Source of the DNA: Octopus bimaculoides
Lineage: Eukaryota
Assembly (NCBI RefSeq): GCF_001194135.2
Contig: NC_068992.1
Span: 35,908,643 to 35,965,742 of the forward strand
DNA length: 57,100 nt
Reading direction: 5' to 3'
Below, in pieces: positions 34,271-48,073 of this stretch (position 1 is the stretch's first letter; every line of letters begins with the position of its first letter). The translations under genes were made by a program, and so were the position numbers. The notes under the pieces are model-generated. The model saw only the letters and a list, made by a program, of their open reading frames with translations, had not been told where the DNA came from and did no database searches.

Positions 34271-35251
34271 TGTGTATCATTGCGTACACGTTACAGGAAG
34301 TCCATTAGAATATGTATTCTTTCTTTAAAATTATATCGAAGATATACAGAATGAGAGGGAGAAAGAAAGAAAAAAGAGAGAGAAAGAGAGATAGATAAAG
34401 AGAGAGATAGATAAAGAGAGAGACAGACAGACGTATATGTGTCTGTACTTACATATTCCTTTATTCTGTAGCGTTCATTCGAAACCTAACCGCAAGACAT
34501 CACGACCGAACCACAATAGTTTCACGTGATGGGTCTATTAAACAATCAATGAGTACGAAGCCGTCGCGAGAGACAATCTTCAAGAATCTTTTTCTTGTAC
34601 CCTATTAAAAAAGACCCGCTTTGGCAGTAAATCTATTGCAGAATGTTGAGACAGCTGAGCGATATGTGTCTCTATTCTTGCTACACCAGACAACCAAGGA
34701 AGACAGCTAAGACAGATAGCACAGGTAGATGACCAAGAATCTTTGTCGAAGATAGCAAAACTGTTTTCAGATATGATGGGCAAACCGCTTGTTGCCGTAA
34801 CACTAGCTTGCTGTAAACTCAGAGCAGTATATCCGTCCCAGTATGTAATTATAGCTATGGTTAGTTGTAAAAGACCAACGCACTTTCTTTTTATGCATAA
34901 TATATTCTTCTGTTAAATGTTCGCGGGTGTTGCTCAGTTATTTTTTCACGCAGCTCAAGAAACATATTTTCATTCCTTAACTCAACCACCGGGCAACCAA
35001 CAACAAACAACTCGTGACAATTCTTTTTTTATTCTAGTTTCAGCTCGAGTATTGCAGCTATATTGGGGCACCACCAACAACTTTGTTATACTTTCACTAC
35101 TTGAATCCTCCGTTGATATGTGGCATTCGGTGGATAGGGTAGTTTGATATTGCTGCCCTCATCTGCGTTTCTTGTCACGAGGTAGGTTCATCCGGAACAC
35201 TTGACAAGAAGAGATCCAGTTTTGTTTTGAAGACGCCTACATCCACACCGT

Positions 35252-35632
35252 GGAGGCGCAATGGCCCAGTGGTTAGGGCAGCGAACTCGCGGTCATAGGA
35301 TCGCGGTTTCGATTCCCAGACCGGGCGTTGTGAGTGTTTATTGAGCGAAAACACCTAAAGCTTCACGATGCTCCGACAGGGGATGGTGGCGAACCCTGCT
35401 GTACTCTTTCACCACAACTTTTTCTCATTCTTACTTCCTGTTTCTGTTGTGCCTGTAATTCAAAGGGTCAGCCTTGTCACACTGTGTCACGCTGAATATC
35501 CCCGAGAACTACGTTAAGGGTACACATGTCTGTAGAGTGTTCAGCCACTTGCACGTTAATTTCACGAGCAGGCTGTTCCGTTGATCGGATCAACTGGAAC
35601 CCTCGACATCGTAAGCGACGGAGTGCCAACAA
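35252..35632 (+). mobile_element. tRNA-derived SINE family E, full length, nested in the CR1
   Basis: A box tggcccagtgg, B box ggtttcgattcc; tail ...ctcgacatcgtaagcgacggagtgccaacaa; 14-bp TSD tacatccacaccgt / tacatccgcaccat. Confidence 0.9.
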
Positions 35633-37058
35633 TACATCCGCACCATGTAGGACATTCACGCTTTTTGGAAAGATATTGAAAAGCTGTGGGTCCTTGAAAC
35701 GCAAGCTGTTGCACTTTCTCTTGACGGTGATGCTAGAATCTTTGGCACAATGTAGTGGCGTCCCGTTCTGCTATTTATGTAACTTTCAATGCCAAAGTGT
35801 GTTACAAGTTCTTCCAGGACTTTTCAGATGTGTACCACTGCTTATCTTTCCCACCTTCATTCTAGGGAGTAGAGTCTTAGTTTTTTCAGCATTTCCCAGT
35901 AGCTTACATGTCGCATTCAAACAATCTTTGTGTAGCTTCGCTGGATTGCTTCAAGTTCCACCATTATGTTTACACTGTATGTTGACCATAGTTGGGAGCA
36001 GTAATATAAGTGAAAGAGGACATGCGTCCTCCAGAGAACCATCATGTTTTCTTGTTCTCTCGTTCTGAAATTTCTAAGGATTCATCCGACCAGCTGTCTG
36101 CATTTTATTGCTAACTTAGTAATATGCATCTCGTAACATGTATCATTACGTATATCAATGCTCAGGTCGCGCACTGCTTTTGATTCAGAGATTGCAATCC
36201 CTCTTGGGCCAGTGTATCCTATCTATATTGCATTCAGCTTCGTGTACTGGTAGCGAAGGGCATGGAATTTTCCAGTATTGAACTGCATGTTATTGTTCTG
36301 TCCACCTGCAAATATTGCGTCCAACTCCTCTTGCAGGTGCACGATATTTCCAAGGTTGTATTCTGAAGGAGTTCGGTATCGTCTGCATAGCTACTAAGGC
36401 TGGCTATCTGATCAGCTGAGAGCATGTCTGGGAGGGTCACTATGAAAAAAGTAGTTGTGGTCCTAAAACAGTGCCCTGGGGAACGCCACTCACTATTTGC
36501 TTTTGTTTATAAGTGGCTTCATTGACCACCTCTGTCTGTTTTCTATCTCTTAAAAAGTCGTGTATCTATTCTCCAAGTTTTCTGACTATGCCGAGATCAC
36601 GCAGCTTGTGACATATCAAACCATGGTCAACTTTATCAAAGACCTTTGCCATGTCGAGATATATCACGACCACATTTGAGTCGTTGAGTAGCTGCTTTAA
36701 CACCCAGTAGTAGTGTTGTAAGAGCTTTGTCAGGTAGTTTCTACCAGTTCCAAAACCATGCTAGGTGTCAGTCAGCAAGTCATTCTCTTCAAGGAACGCA
36801 ACTAATTTCCTTCGGACTATTCCTTCCATGACTTTGCTGATATGCGAGTTCAGAGAGATATGCCTGTAATTTTTAGCATCTGCTTTGCTTCCTTCTTTAT
36901 GGATAGGATATATTATTGCTAAGACGTTTACCACTTACAAGGAAGCTCTGCAAAAGCAGCTGCGGAGGTTTTGCAAGAGCTTGTTTGCATGACTTGAGAG
37001 GGATTTCTGGGAATCCAGCCGCTGGGTTTGCGTCTACCTCATCTATGGCCAGTATTAC

Positions 37059-37763
37059 ATACAGCTAAGTATGTATGGACCAAAAGGAACTGCAGATATA
37101 CAGCCTATTAGAAGCACCTAAAATCTCTCTTGTCTGAAACTTTATAAAGCAAACTGGAAATCTATTCAGAAAGTGATCCTCAAACACTTGATGTCGATGT
37201 AATCAATTATTACCGCCTCTCTAGTATTTAACTTATCCTCACTGCGTTTCCTGTGAGTGAATCATGTTTTGGAAGAGGGAACCCTATCTTGTAGCGAACT
37301 GAGGCCGTTTCTTTGGCAAAGTTAAGAAAGCTTTAGGCTTTGACTTAATATTTTTTATAACCCAGACTTCTTGTCTGCTTTCTCTCTTTTTATGGGATTG
37401 TTGCAGACTTTTCTCAATCTCCATCAGTGTTATTTTCAGGTGAAACTTTTAACTGCTTTTGAGATACTTGTTCATGCAGTTTGCAATCTTTATGCGTCGG
37501 GTCATAAGAATATTCTTCTCCCTGGGGACCTCATTCTTGTGTGTGTTGGCCTTGTTCTCTGGGTCAGATTTGTCGCATATAGCTTGTTTAAGTTACATGC
37601 CAGTGTCTGATGAGGAGAAACATTTAGACCAATCCTGTTTGAGGATCACTTTCTGAATAGATTTCCAGTTTGCCTTATAAAGTTTCAGACAAGAGAGATT
37701 TTAGGTGCTTCTAATAGGCTGTATATCTGCAGTTCCTTTTGGTCCATACATACTTAGCTGTAT
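37059..37763. repeat. Inverted repeat, arms 37059-37186 and 37636-37763
   Basis: 128-bp arms with 1 mismatch and a 449-bp spacer, inside the CR1. Confidence 0.95.
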
Positions 37764-38014
37764 TATAATGGATGATATCTATATTGTTTGTGAAGCAATA
37801 TCATTTGCAGTATCATTTGTCGATATATCTGGCTGGCTGGCTGGCTGGAGCGCAGTTTGGTTGGCGGGAGCACAATTTGCTCCATGAAGGAAGCAGTAGA
37901 ACGGGGACTCCACCTGTACTTGTTGAGAAGAATAAGGGCTTCGGGCTATCCCACAAGGAATACACTGAAGTGTTATTCCAGTTTGGGGAGAACTATTTTT
38001 ACTGTCCTATGTTT

Positions 38015-39060
38015 TAGAGATTATTTACATTATTTACATTGGACGGATATGTGTCCTCATCTTGTTTGTTGTTGCCACAACGTTTCAGCTGATTTACCAA
38101 GTATCCTGGTAGAATCCCTAAGGTACTTTTTTTTGATGGTGGTGGTATTATTATTATTATTATTATTATTACTATTATTATTATTTATTCAAGGCACTGC
38201 CTGGAATTGAACTCGCAATCTTGAGGCTAGTAGTCCCCGCGCTCTTAGCCATTTACCAAATTACCGTGGGCAATTATAGAGTGAATTTTAGGGCTTATAA
38301 ACCTAAACCTAATATTTTTGTATCCTTTCTTAATACCAGTTCCCATATTCTACTCGTATTTGCACTTGGTCTGCTTAAGAGGTTTAGTTTTCGTATTTTC
38401 CATTATTTTAACTTCACCCCACAGGTGAAGGTGGTCTCCGTTTTCCATAGATGATCAGCTATACCCGATTTTTCAACATCTTCTGCCCTTATTCTGTGTG
38501 GGCGGCATGTTTCGCCTTTGTATAACCTACCGCAAGATGGAGTACACGCAGTCTTTGGTCATATTCTCTTCTATTGATGGTTTTACTCGAAGGAGATATT
38601 TGCGAAGTGTTGTATTACTCTTGAATGCCGTCCTGATGTCATATTGACCGCATATCTTTTGTATTTTTTCCAAGAGGCCTTTCACATAGGGTAGACAAAC
38701 TGTGGTCAGTTTATAGGTTTCATCCTCTCTCCTCTTCCCAATTGGAGCGGATAGTATGTTCTTTGGATAGTTGTTGCTTACTTAGCTTGATCATTTTTTC
38801 GCTACTTAAATTCTTTGCTCGATGTTTTAAGCACCAAGCAGTCCCTCTCTTTACGCTGTATGGATGGTGGGAATTGAAGTTGAGGTATCGTCCAGTGAAG
38901 GTTGGCTGCTTGCGGTATACGGATGTTCTGAACCCATGCTTAGACCTTTCTCTTAGGTCTGCTCGTATAAAGATGAACGAAATGCCGCTGAGAATTTTAC
39001 TCGAAAGATTTATGAATATATTGAGAATATATTTTACACTATAATTTCCTTCATGTATAA
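38015..39060 (-). mobile_element. Penelope-like element (RT thumb plus GIY-YIG remnant and 3' terminal repeat)
   Basis: FRTSVYRKQPTFTGRYLNFNSHHPYSVKRG...CLKHRAK; LPYVKGLLEKIQKICGQYDIRTAFKSNTTLRKYL...KDCVYSI; pLTR-like gctgaaacgttgtggcaacaac. Confidence 0.8.
38190..38270 (-). ncRNA. tRNA-like (Pol III promoter-like) module embedded in the Penelope 3' region; not a functional tRNA
   Basis: tggtaaatggctaagagcgcgggg-actacta-gcctc...gagttcaattccaggcag, followed by (AAT)n. Confidence 0.55.
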
Positions 39061-39504
39061 GTGCAAACATGATGTAATACAGAACTTAATACACTGGGCA
39101 GAAAGGATAGATTTTTGTTAGTCTTAAACCAAACCTCAAACATCTCTAGGGATAATTCTTCTTTGTGAAATAGATTAGCAATCAAAAACTGCACTATGCT
39201 TACAATGTGGTACAGTGAAGTTACCCTTGATATTTGAAAGCGAAAAATGTTGTTACCCTTGATTTTTAGCTGGCGAAATATGTTGCTGTTTAGTTTACAA
39301 AAGCAGAACCTGTCCCATTGTTAAATTGGTGTTATCGCACGTGTTTGTTCGGTGTGCTTCTTCTGAATAGTTTAAGCGTTTGGCATATCCTACAGTCGAA
39401 GGTCTAACTTACCAGACTCACCGTCAATTATTCATTGAGAATTTGACGTTGTCTTGCCTTAGATTAGATCTGTCGGTGTGCATTACACTCAACAAATACA
39501 TACA

Positions 39505-39697
39505 TACAGCAATTTCGGGAGACGGGATAAGTCAATTAGATCGAATCTACTGCTCAACCGGTGCTTATTTTATCGACCCCGAAGATGGAAGGTAAAGTCG
39601 ACCTCGGTGGAATTTGAACTCAGAATGTAAAGAAGGGCGAAATGCTACTAAGCATTTTGATCGCCGTGCTAACGATTCTGCCAGCTTGCCGCCTTAG
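39505..39697 (-). mobile_element. SINE family A, full length
   Basis: Minus strand taaggcggcaagctggcagaatcgttagcacggcg...ctgagttcaaattccaccgaggtcgactttacc...ttcggggtcgataaaataagcaccgg. Confidence 0.85.
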
Positions 39698-40033
39698 GAT
39701 CATTAAATATTGTAATTGGTGCAGGAATTACAACCAATAGTGCTACGATGAAGAAATATGTGAAGTCAACTTTTCTGTTCATACTTTCGAGCTTGATAAA
39801 AAAAAAAAGAACTATCGCAGTGTTAGTGCAGCCGCTAACTATCAAGTTTTGGATGGTCTGCTGGATCAAGAGTACTAGGGTCGAGAATGTGTTTGGGTTC
39901 TGCATTTGTTTGCAACTACATTGGTTCATAAAATTGTAGGTGCATGCTACCAAGTCATTCTCGATTACCAGTGAGAGCTGTAGTTACCTACATACTAAAG
40001 CACACCTACAAATAGATATAGCAATTGATATTT

Positions 40034-40079
<46 letters not shown>

Positions 40080-40725
40080 NNNNNNNNNNNNNNNNNNNNN
40101 NNNNNNNNNNNNNNNNNNNNNNNNNNNNNNNNNNNNNNNNNNNNNNNNNNNNNNNNNNNNNNNNNNNNNNNNNNNNNNNNNNNNNNNNNNNNNNNNNNNN
40201 NNNNNNNNNNNNNNNNNNNNNNNNNNNNNNNNNNNNNNNNNNNNNNNNNNNNNNNNNNNNNNNNNNNNNNNNNNNNNNNNNNNNNNNNNNNNNNNNNNNN
40301 NNNNNNNNNNNNNNNNNNNNNNNNNNNNNNNNNNNNNNNNNNNNNNNNNNNNNNNNNNNNNNNNNNNNNNNNNNNNNNNNNNNNNNNNNNNNNNNNNNNN
40401 NNNNNNNNNNNNNNNNNNNNNNNNNNNNNNNNNNNNNNNNNNNNNNNNNNNNNNNNNNNNNNNNNNNNNNNNNNNNNNNNNNNNNNNNNNNNNNNNNNNN
40501 NNNNNNNNNNNNNNNNNNNNNNNNNNNNNNNNNNNNNNNNNNNNNNNNNNNNNNNNNNNNNNNNNNNNNNNNNNNNNNNCTACTAAGTAGACTGTTGCAC
40601 ATTTATACAATGTCTATGAAGAGAAAACAACCCAGAAGCAAGATTTAGACAGTTGTGATTATCCTGTTTCCAGCATCTCATTTACTCAACTGAGGATGTT
40701 TATACATGTGTAAGTCCATAATACA

Positions 40726-40779
<54 letters not shown>

Positions 40780-40819
40780 GAGAGAGAGAAGTAGATAGAC
40801 AGGCAGATGGACGACGGAC

Positions 40820-40906
<87 letters not shown>

Positions 40907-41394
40907 CAGACAGATATAAAGAGAGGTAGAGACAGAGATAGAAATATATATTTGAATATATGCGTGTGTATTTTTCTAAATCTTGTACGACTCTATTTCT
41001 GTTTATTTGCCCTTTCAAGCTTATTCGTTCATTCCACTCTTCGTTCTTTCGCTCCCCCTCTCTCATCTCCTTGCCTTCTCTTCTTGCTCACTTTCCCTCC
41101 ACTTTTCACGTCACTGTGTCCCTGTCATTTTTTCTCGCGCCTCCTTAATTCTTTTGTTCCTCTGCCTCTACCTCTCACTCTTCTCTTCCTACGTGACCGG
41201 CGTTCGGCCAAGCATGTTCTTTCTTTCTTGGCCGGCCGTTGTCCGTGCAACATTGATATTCCTCCCTGTACTTGTGAAATCTTGTATCCCTGCCGTAAGG
41301 CTTTATTTCCACACACGCCAGCTTAATTTAATTCGTCCTTAGTCGAAAGACACCTGTTGTTATGACCTGTTATTAATTTTATTGTATTTGTGTA

Positions 41395-41610
41395 ACATTG
41401 TTCGTTTTTTTCCGTCCTTGTTTTTGTATACATTCGCTGCTTTTTTCCAAGGAATCTAATGGTCTTGGCTTAGTTTTTCCTTGGGGCTGACCAGATTGGA
41501 GCAATCTCAAGTATAACCAGCCGAAATTGCAAAGATAATCTGGAACTCGACTGAGGAAAGAAAACACCGAATGACCTGTCCTTGTTTTCTTTGTATCGTC
41601 TACCTGGATG
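41395..41610 (-). repeat. Unclassified interspersed repeat family F
   Basis: Homologous to 27838-28062. Confidence 0.6.
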
Positions 41611-41931
41611 TTTTCTTGTCCCATTTTGTATTATATATATATATATACATACATACAAACACTCAAACTCATTCATACACACGCTCTTATTATTTATATA
41701 CATACATGCATACTTATATATATTTATAAGGTCACATATGAATATGTATATGCATATTATATGCAGATAGTCATATAAATGTATTTATATATGTATAAAT
41801 ATATGTATATATATATATATAAGTCAGTAAATAGTGGGGTTGTGTTAACCGATGTGTGTGTGTGTGTGTATGTGTGTGTATGTGTGTGTGTGTGTGCGTG
41901 TGTGTGTGTGTGTGTGTTTGTGTGTGTGTAT

Positions 41932-42810
41932 TACTAGCAATGCATCCCGGCGTTTCCAGAGTAGGTACATTGTAATATTTGCTCCTATCTTATGGGCGGA
42001 ATCGGCACATATATGTAGTCAATGGCATAATGGAAGTTATTGTTTGTTTAAAACGAAAGGGCAAGGGTACAATTTGCAGGGGTTTGCATGAAAGTGCTTT
42101 CTGTTCTTAAGAAGGATCACAGACTATGTATTGTTTCATCGTATAAGAGGGGGTTAATACGATTTTAACCAGAAATCTGGATTNNNNNNNNNNAACTTTT
42201 TCGAATTTTTTTTTCTTTTTGTTATCTACGTAGAAAAATAGAGAGATTACGAATCTGGGAAATACATATATTTTTTATAGTTTAATTTTTCTTAAAGAAA
42301 CATTCAATGCCCCTTCCCCCACTTCGTGCACCCATCACCTACCCGCTTTCAAAAAGCTAAAATCTCCCAATCTTTTACTTTTGTCTGATGTTTCCCGCAT
42401 GAGTAGAATTCTACTGAAATAGTAAACTTTAAAATACTAGACCACTAGCAGAAAACACAACATGCTAGAAACAACAGGTAAACAACATTATTTCTGAAGA
42501 AAATTCCCCGCTTTCCAAACAGCTAAAAGTGAAACATTGGAAGTTTGTAGTATTTTGAAAATGGCGAGGTGATGAGTAAAATTCTTAAAGATTCGTACTG
42601 TCTGTTTTTTTCTCCATGGATTATCAAGAAAAAATATTTGAAAAAGGTAAAGAATGAATTTGGCGTGGAGAGGGAGAAAATTAAAATATTGAGAACGTGT
42701 TTTGTGGGTGAAATCCTAATCCCCTGTATCGCAAACATTGGAATCGGAAGAAATTTAGGAAATAAGGTGTGGGGAGCGGAAATGTTACCTCGGACATTTG
42801 TTTTTTATTT
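41932..42810 (+). mobile_element. Putative non-autonomous Helitron/Helentron-like element
   Basis: Starts tACTAGcaatgcatcccggcgtttccagag (HINE-like 5' end with hairpin) and ends cggacatttgttttttattt. Confidence 0.4.
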
Positions 42811-42839
42811 TGTCGGCTACACAGTATAGTAGGATCGGT

Positions 42840-43867
42840 TGGACACCGTATATAAGAAAAACAGCACCATGACGCAATTCATTCTGCTAGAAATTTGGAA
42901 ACGACATGCTGTACTGCTTGATATTGGCGCCGGAAGCCCCAATACGAACATTTCAGAGTGTTTGGGTGTCAAATTACAAAGGTACGGCAGCTCGGAAAAC
43001 TCACTCTGATCGTTCTGATAAGAAAAGAACTCCTGAATTTGGTGGTGAGATCCAGGCCATGATTGACAAGATCCCTCCAAATCAATCAGGTCCATCGCCA
43101 GGAATATAGGAATGTCTGAGTTTCTTAACAGGCAGGTAGTGCGTGAAGACATTCGGTATTCCTAATACAAGATGAGAAAGGGCCAATTTTTATTTCAGGT
43201 CATCAAGGACAAGAGGAAAGACTGCACTACGAAGCTTTTGAACAAACTTAAGCATCCTCTTCAACTCAACATGCTTTGGTTTTTCTCGGACGAGAAAAAT
43301 TTCTGCCAGAATCAGACGGTGAACACACAGAACAGCCGTTGGCTTGTATCCCCAAAACATGTACCGAGAGTACATCCAGTCACCATCATGGTTTTTGGAG
43401 TGATCACTAATGAGGGTGACGTTATGCCTCCATTCATCCTCCCACACGACCTCAGACTCAACACGCAGGCCTACATCAAGTGCCTGGAGGAGGTAGTGCT
43501 GCCCTGGGTCAAGAGGTTGTGAGACAATTTCTGCGACCACATCATCCCTAACGTCTCGCCACCTAACTCCACAGATTGCAACCCCCTTGATTATTATGTG
43601 TGGGGCACAGTTGAGCGAGAGACCAACAAATTCCTTGTAACACCAAAGATGAACTGAAAGCAAGGATTATGGCAGCAATCACCAACATAAACAAGGAGGC
43701 CGTCCAGATGAGTTACAGGAGATTCTGAAGTCGTCTGTAGGCTGTGGTTGAACCCAATGGCGAATTTATTGAATAAATTTACTCTTTGGTATTTCAAGAT
43801 ATTTTAAAGTAATTTTGGTAAATATATCTGTTAAAATGAGATGTCAGTGTTAAACGACTATTTATTC
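42840..43867 (+). mobile_element. Tc1/mariner-superfamily (maT/DD37D-like) transposon, internally deleted
   Basis: WFFSDEKNF...NTQNSRW...HPVTIMVFGVITNEGDVMPPF...LNTQAYIKCLEEVVLPW, then PPNSTDCNPLDYYVWGTVE. The second catalytic D region is deleted. Confidence 0.85.
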
Positions 43868-44241
43868 NNNNNNNNNNNNNNNNNNNNNNNNNNNNNNNNN
43901 NNNNNNNNNNNNNNNNNNNNNNNNNNNNNNNNNNNNNNNNNNNNNNNNNNNNNNNNNNNNNNNNNNNNNNNNNNNNNNNNNNNNNNNNNNNNNNNNNNNN
44001 NNNNNNNNNNNNNNNNNNNNNNNNNNNNNNNNNNNNNNNNNNNNNNNNNNNNNNNNNNNNNNNNNNNNNNNNNNNNNNNNNNNNNNNNNNNNNNNNNNNN
44101 NNNNNNNNNNNNNNNNNNNNNNNNNNNNNNNNNNNNNNNNNNNNNNNNNNNNNNNNNNNNNNNNNNNNNNNNNNNNNNNNNNNNNNNNNNNNNNNNNNNN
44201 NNNNNNNNNNNNNNNNNNNNNNNNNNNNNNNNNNNNNNNNN

Positions 44242-44309
<68 letters not shown>

Positions 44310-44376
44310 TGTATTATGTATACATAGATACATACACACACACGTACATACATACATAAACACATACATTCATACA

Positions 44377-44409
<33 letters not shown>

Positions 44410-44899
44410 GAGTAGACACATACTAAAACGTATATACATTTATTAAAATACAACATTTGCACCCACACCGGAATTACTCACTTGTACAAACAAAAGAATA
44501 TATTTTTAACCATTTTCCTAAACAGATAGCTGATGTAAGTCGGCATTGGAATTTCATGAGTCACATTAGAAGATGAGGGTGGTACTGGTTGTTTAGAACA
44601 AAATGTTCAATTTGGCGATGTACTTGAGAATAATTATAACATTTAAATTACAGATGGACGTGGCTAACGAATGGACAAGCTTTCTTGTAGTCATCTATGT
44701 ATGTGAGTGTATGTATGTATGTATGTGTATATATATGATGATGCATGCATATATGTATTTAGCAACGTCATATATATAACACACACACACGCACACACAC
44801 AAATATACATGTGTGTGTATATGTATATATACATATATGTGTATGCTTACATGTGTGTATCATATACGTATAAATAAATCAACCAATGGCTGCAGTTGG

Positions 44900-46130
44900 A
44901 TATTATACTTCAAAGTTGATGTTGTTTCTGGTGTGGTAGACTCTTATGATCTTATTTCTGGAGTAGAGCAGCATTAGAACATCGTCCATGTGTCCCTGGC
45001 AAAGTGTGTTTTACCGCCCGAAGTGCAGTGCTTTATGTTCTCTGTTGTTCACTTTTAGGGTAGCCATGATCCGAATTTTGGATATCATCGAGATATATTT
45101 TGATTGCTTGTAGGTGGTATTTCTATAGATGCAGTATATGTTGGCAATGTAGAAAGTTAAAAGGATGCTAAGGCGTGTACGAGGGGAGTCAGTTGAGAAT
45201 TTATGTTCCCTTTCCAGTTACCGGCGGTGTAATTGGATAGCTTGCTGTATGACAGTTTATAGTGAGCAGCATTCAGACTGATAGTGTAGCTGTTGTCTAT
45301 TGGGGTACCTTGGAGAAGTTTCTAAGTAGTTGACATTTACCTCTCGATTGTGTTAATCTAGAAGTTTAAGTAACCATGAGAGGATCAACTCCATTTTTTA
45401 GCAATATACCAAGACACTGTTGTATGTTCGCATATTGAATAGCATGCCTTTGGATATGTTCCTCATAGGTCAATGCATCTGTCCTCAGCTCAGATCACTG
45501 TAACACTGCACCATTGTCTACCTGTGATAGACATACCCATTGGTGTGATAGGTAGCATATATTTCTCGTTTGTCCTGTAGATTTGAACCTTGATTCCTCA
45601 TTGGGTAACTCATTGGGGAGTAGCTAGGACCTGGACCCAAACAGTATGATTTTAAAAATGTTTCTGTTTACATCTGCAGCTGTTGGTTTGCATGAATTCT
45701 TCTCGTGTGGATAGCATCTCCGTATTCCTTTCCTTTTATAATACGTATCATTACAGCTATTGCTGCTTTTTATGTACACAATAGCCCACTTTACAGATGG
45801 ATATGATGATCCAAAATTCTTTCCATGAGTTGAATATGCGAATTTAGGTTCCTTGGTTAGTAGTGAAATCTCTTCCTCGTTAAGTGTTTCTGTGAGGTCC
45901 GTGATTTCTTAACGGGAGATGCAGGTGGTTTGTGGTTGTCTTCTCTTGGCTTTGAATGTTTTGTATCTATATCTAAGAGTCAGACTGTTCTTAGTATACC
46001 GGCTATATTCTAAAAAGACTTTCGAACTTGCATTTGCCCTCAGTTGGCACTAACTGAATGTTTATCGGCTAGATATGAATGTTAACTAATGGGCTTAATA
46101 GCGAATTTCTTGTTGAAAATTGTTTAGTAA
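44900..46130 (-). mobile_element. Highly decayed Penelope-like RT fragment
   Basis: LTFYIANIYCIYRNTTYKQ and IYLDDI motifs on the minus strand; many stops. Confidence 0.5.
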
Positions 46131-47043
46131 TCTCATCTTACGGAAAATACGTAGTATGTATTTGAGTGATTTAGTGGCTTTTTACGAGATTTAGGAAATA
46201 TTGCCGATATACATACACACATATATACACACATATATACATACACACATATATACATATGTGTATATGTATATGCATGCATAATACACACAAACATGCA
46301 TGCATGCATGCATGCAAACATACATACATTAATACATACAGACATGCATGCATGCCTACATACATACATACATACATACATACATACATACATACATACA
46401 TACATGCATGCATGCATACATACATACATGCATATACACATGTATGCATATGAAACGAATAGCTTCCTAAATTCAGAGCCAGGATTCGAAACCGAATCTA
46501 CATTTTTCTATCAGTTTCTTTCCTATTGTTCTGAACTTTTGCATTAAGAAATGTATGTGAATCAACAGTCGCACTTAGCTAGGTTCTCTTTCTTAAGTTA
46601 ACATTCTTGAGTGAAATAAAGTTCGAGAGGGATAATCCCATTACTTTCCATTGTTCTCTGACCTACACCAAGCTTTCCAACAAATATAAATACAGTAACC
46701 AGTTCCAGTTCCTTCTTTCTTTCGGCACCGAGGGAGGAAGCACTTGATGCGAGGGGCTACACAGCTCTTAGCCTCTCTTCTTGTCTAGATTCTCTTACTG
46801 TTTCTCTCATTTCATTTCCCACCAGTCTTCTGGCTGTCACCCACGGATGAAGTTACTATCTACAAAATGGATAATAGAACGGCAAATAAGTTGTGCATCA
46901 CAACTCAAATTGTATCCTATATTGTAACAATGAGAATGAAAGGCCATTTCAATTAGTAGCATTTTCTTCCTCTCATTTTCAATTGCTACTTACCATCGTT
47001 ATCCATATATTCATTAATGCAGATATACATTTAGGCATACGAG

Positions 47044-47120
<77 letters not shown>

Positions 47121-48073
47121 TAATAACAAAGAATATTGTTGGAATATACAGATATACAGTTGTGAAATAAAGTGATTGTCATTATGATTGTGGACAATTT
47201 ACGAAAAGTAAAAACAGAAAAGTATATTAATAGTGTGAAATGACATAAAGACTAATGTTTGATGTAGAGCATCCATCGAAGTACTATGTCACCTGAGTCC
47301 ACCATCATTTCGTACCAATGCATAACACTTCTGTTTTTATTTCTCGTGTAATTCATGCCAACAAAGACCGGGACCAGATCAAAGTCAACTACTGCCCTTA
47401 GCACAACCCAACACTGTTACTTCCAAACCCTTCCATTGACAAGGTAGTTATATGTAAATAAGAGTTGAATGTAAAATAATAGATGTAAATTTAGTTTTGC
47501 TCTGTTAATGACTTTCGTGCAAGTTGCTCTGGCAACATAGTGAAACCCCAGTTTTAACAACTGTTCTAATTAGTTCAACATATAAGCCAGACCATCAGCT
47601 CTCGGATCTTCAAGAACCAACTGACGGAATTTTTAGGTTAATTCAGTTAGAATAACCTTAATTTTGCGGGGGTTTTTTTTCATTCTTTTTTTTAAGTTTA
47701 AAATATCCGATCAACATGTTAATATGCTTGCTGTTCTCTTAGTTGAATTTCAGAAAATGGTAGAATTTTATATTATTTTTGATGTGATTGCCACATGTCA
47801 GTCTTATCTATTTGAAATCTTAGACTTTAAAATCAAAGGTTGCCATATTAGTAAGACAGTGAACTCGAAGTGTGACATTTCAGAAAGATAGAGTAGGATC
47901 AATTGATTCACAATGGCTTGTTGGTGTTTTTAATAAAAGTATCAGATCTTCTACAATTATTTATCATACAAAATTATAATTATCACCCATTAACTTAATG
48001 ACATGAAACTGTAGCTAAGCACTGAACTTTTCATACATTTGTTATTTATGTTATAATGAGTGATGAATTAACA

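Larger units (their letters stand above)
35125..38015 (-). mobile_element. CR1-clade LINE (endonuclease C-terminus to 3' end), decayed, with a nested SINE and an inverted insertion
   Basis: FMEQIVLPPT...CFTNNIDII; NYRHISLNSHISKVMEGIVR; HGFGTGRNYLTKLL; VIYLDMAKVFDKVDH; SGVPQGTVLGP; SYADDT; YCSQLWS..ELEAIQRSYTK; VFKTKLDLFLSSVPDEP. Confidence 0.9.

Noticed and set aside
35252-35330. tRNA gene call for A/B-box regions (also 12610-12688, 17303-17380, 38190-38270)
   Set aside because: These are SINE or TE heads with imperfect cloverleaves that continue into SINE bodies.
39410-39470. Two strong minus-strand donors (GTGAGT, GTAAGT)
   Set aside because: The upstream segment has stops in all frames and only a weak acceptor.
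44281-44405. Fold-back of (ATGT)n against (ACAT)n
   Set aside because: Self-complementary microsatellites are common in this kind of genome, and no specific structure is supported.
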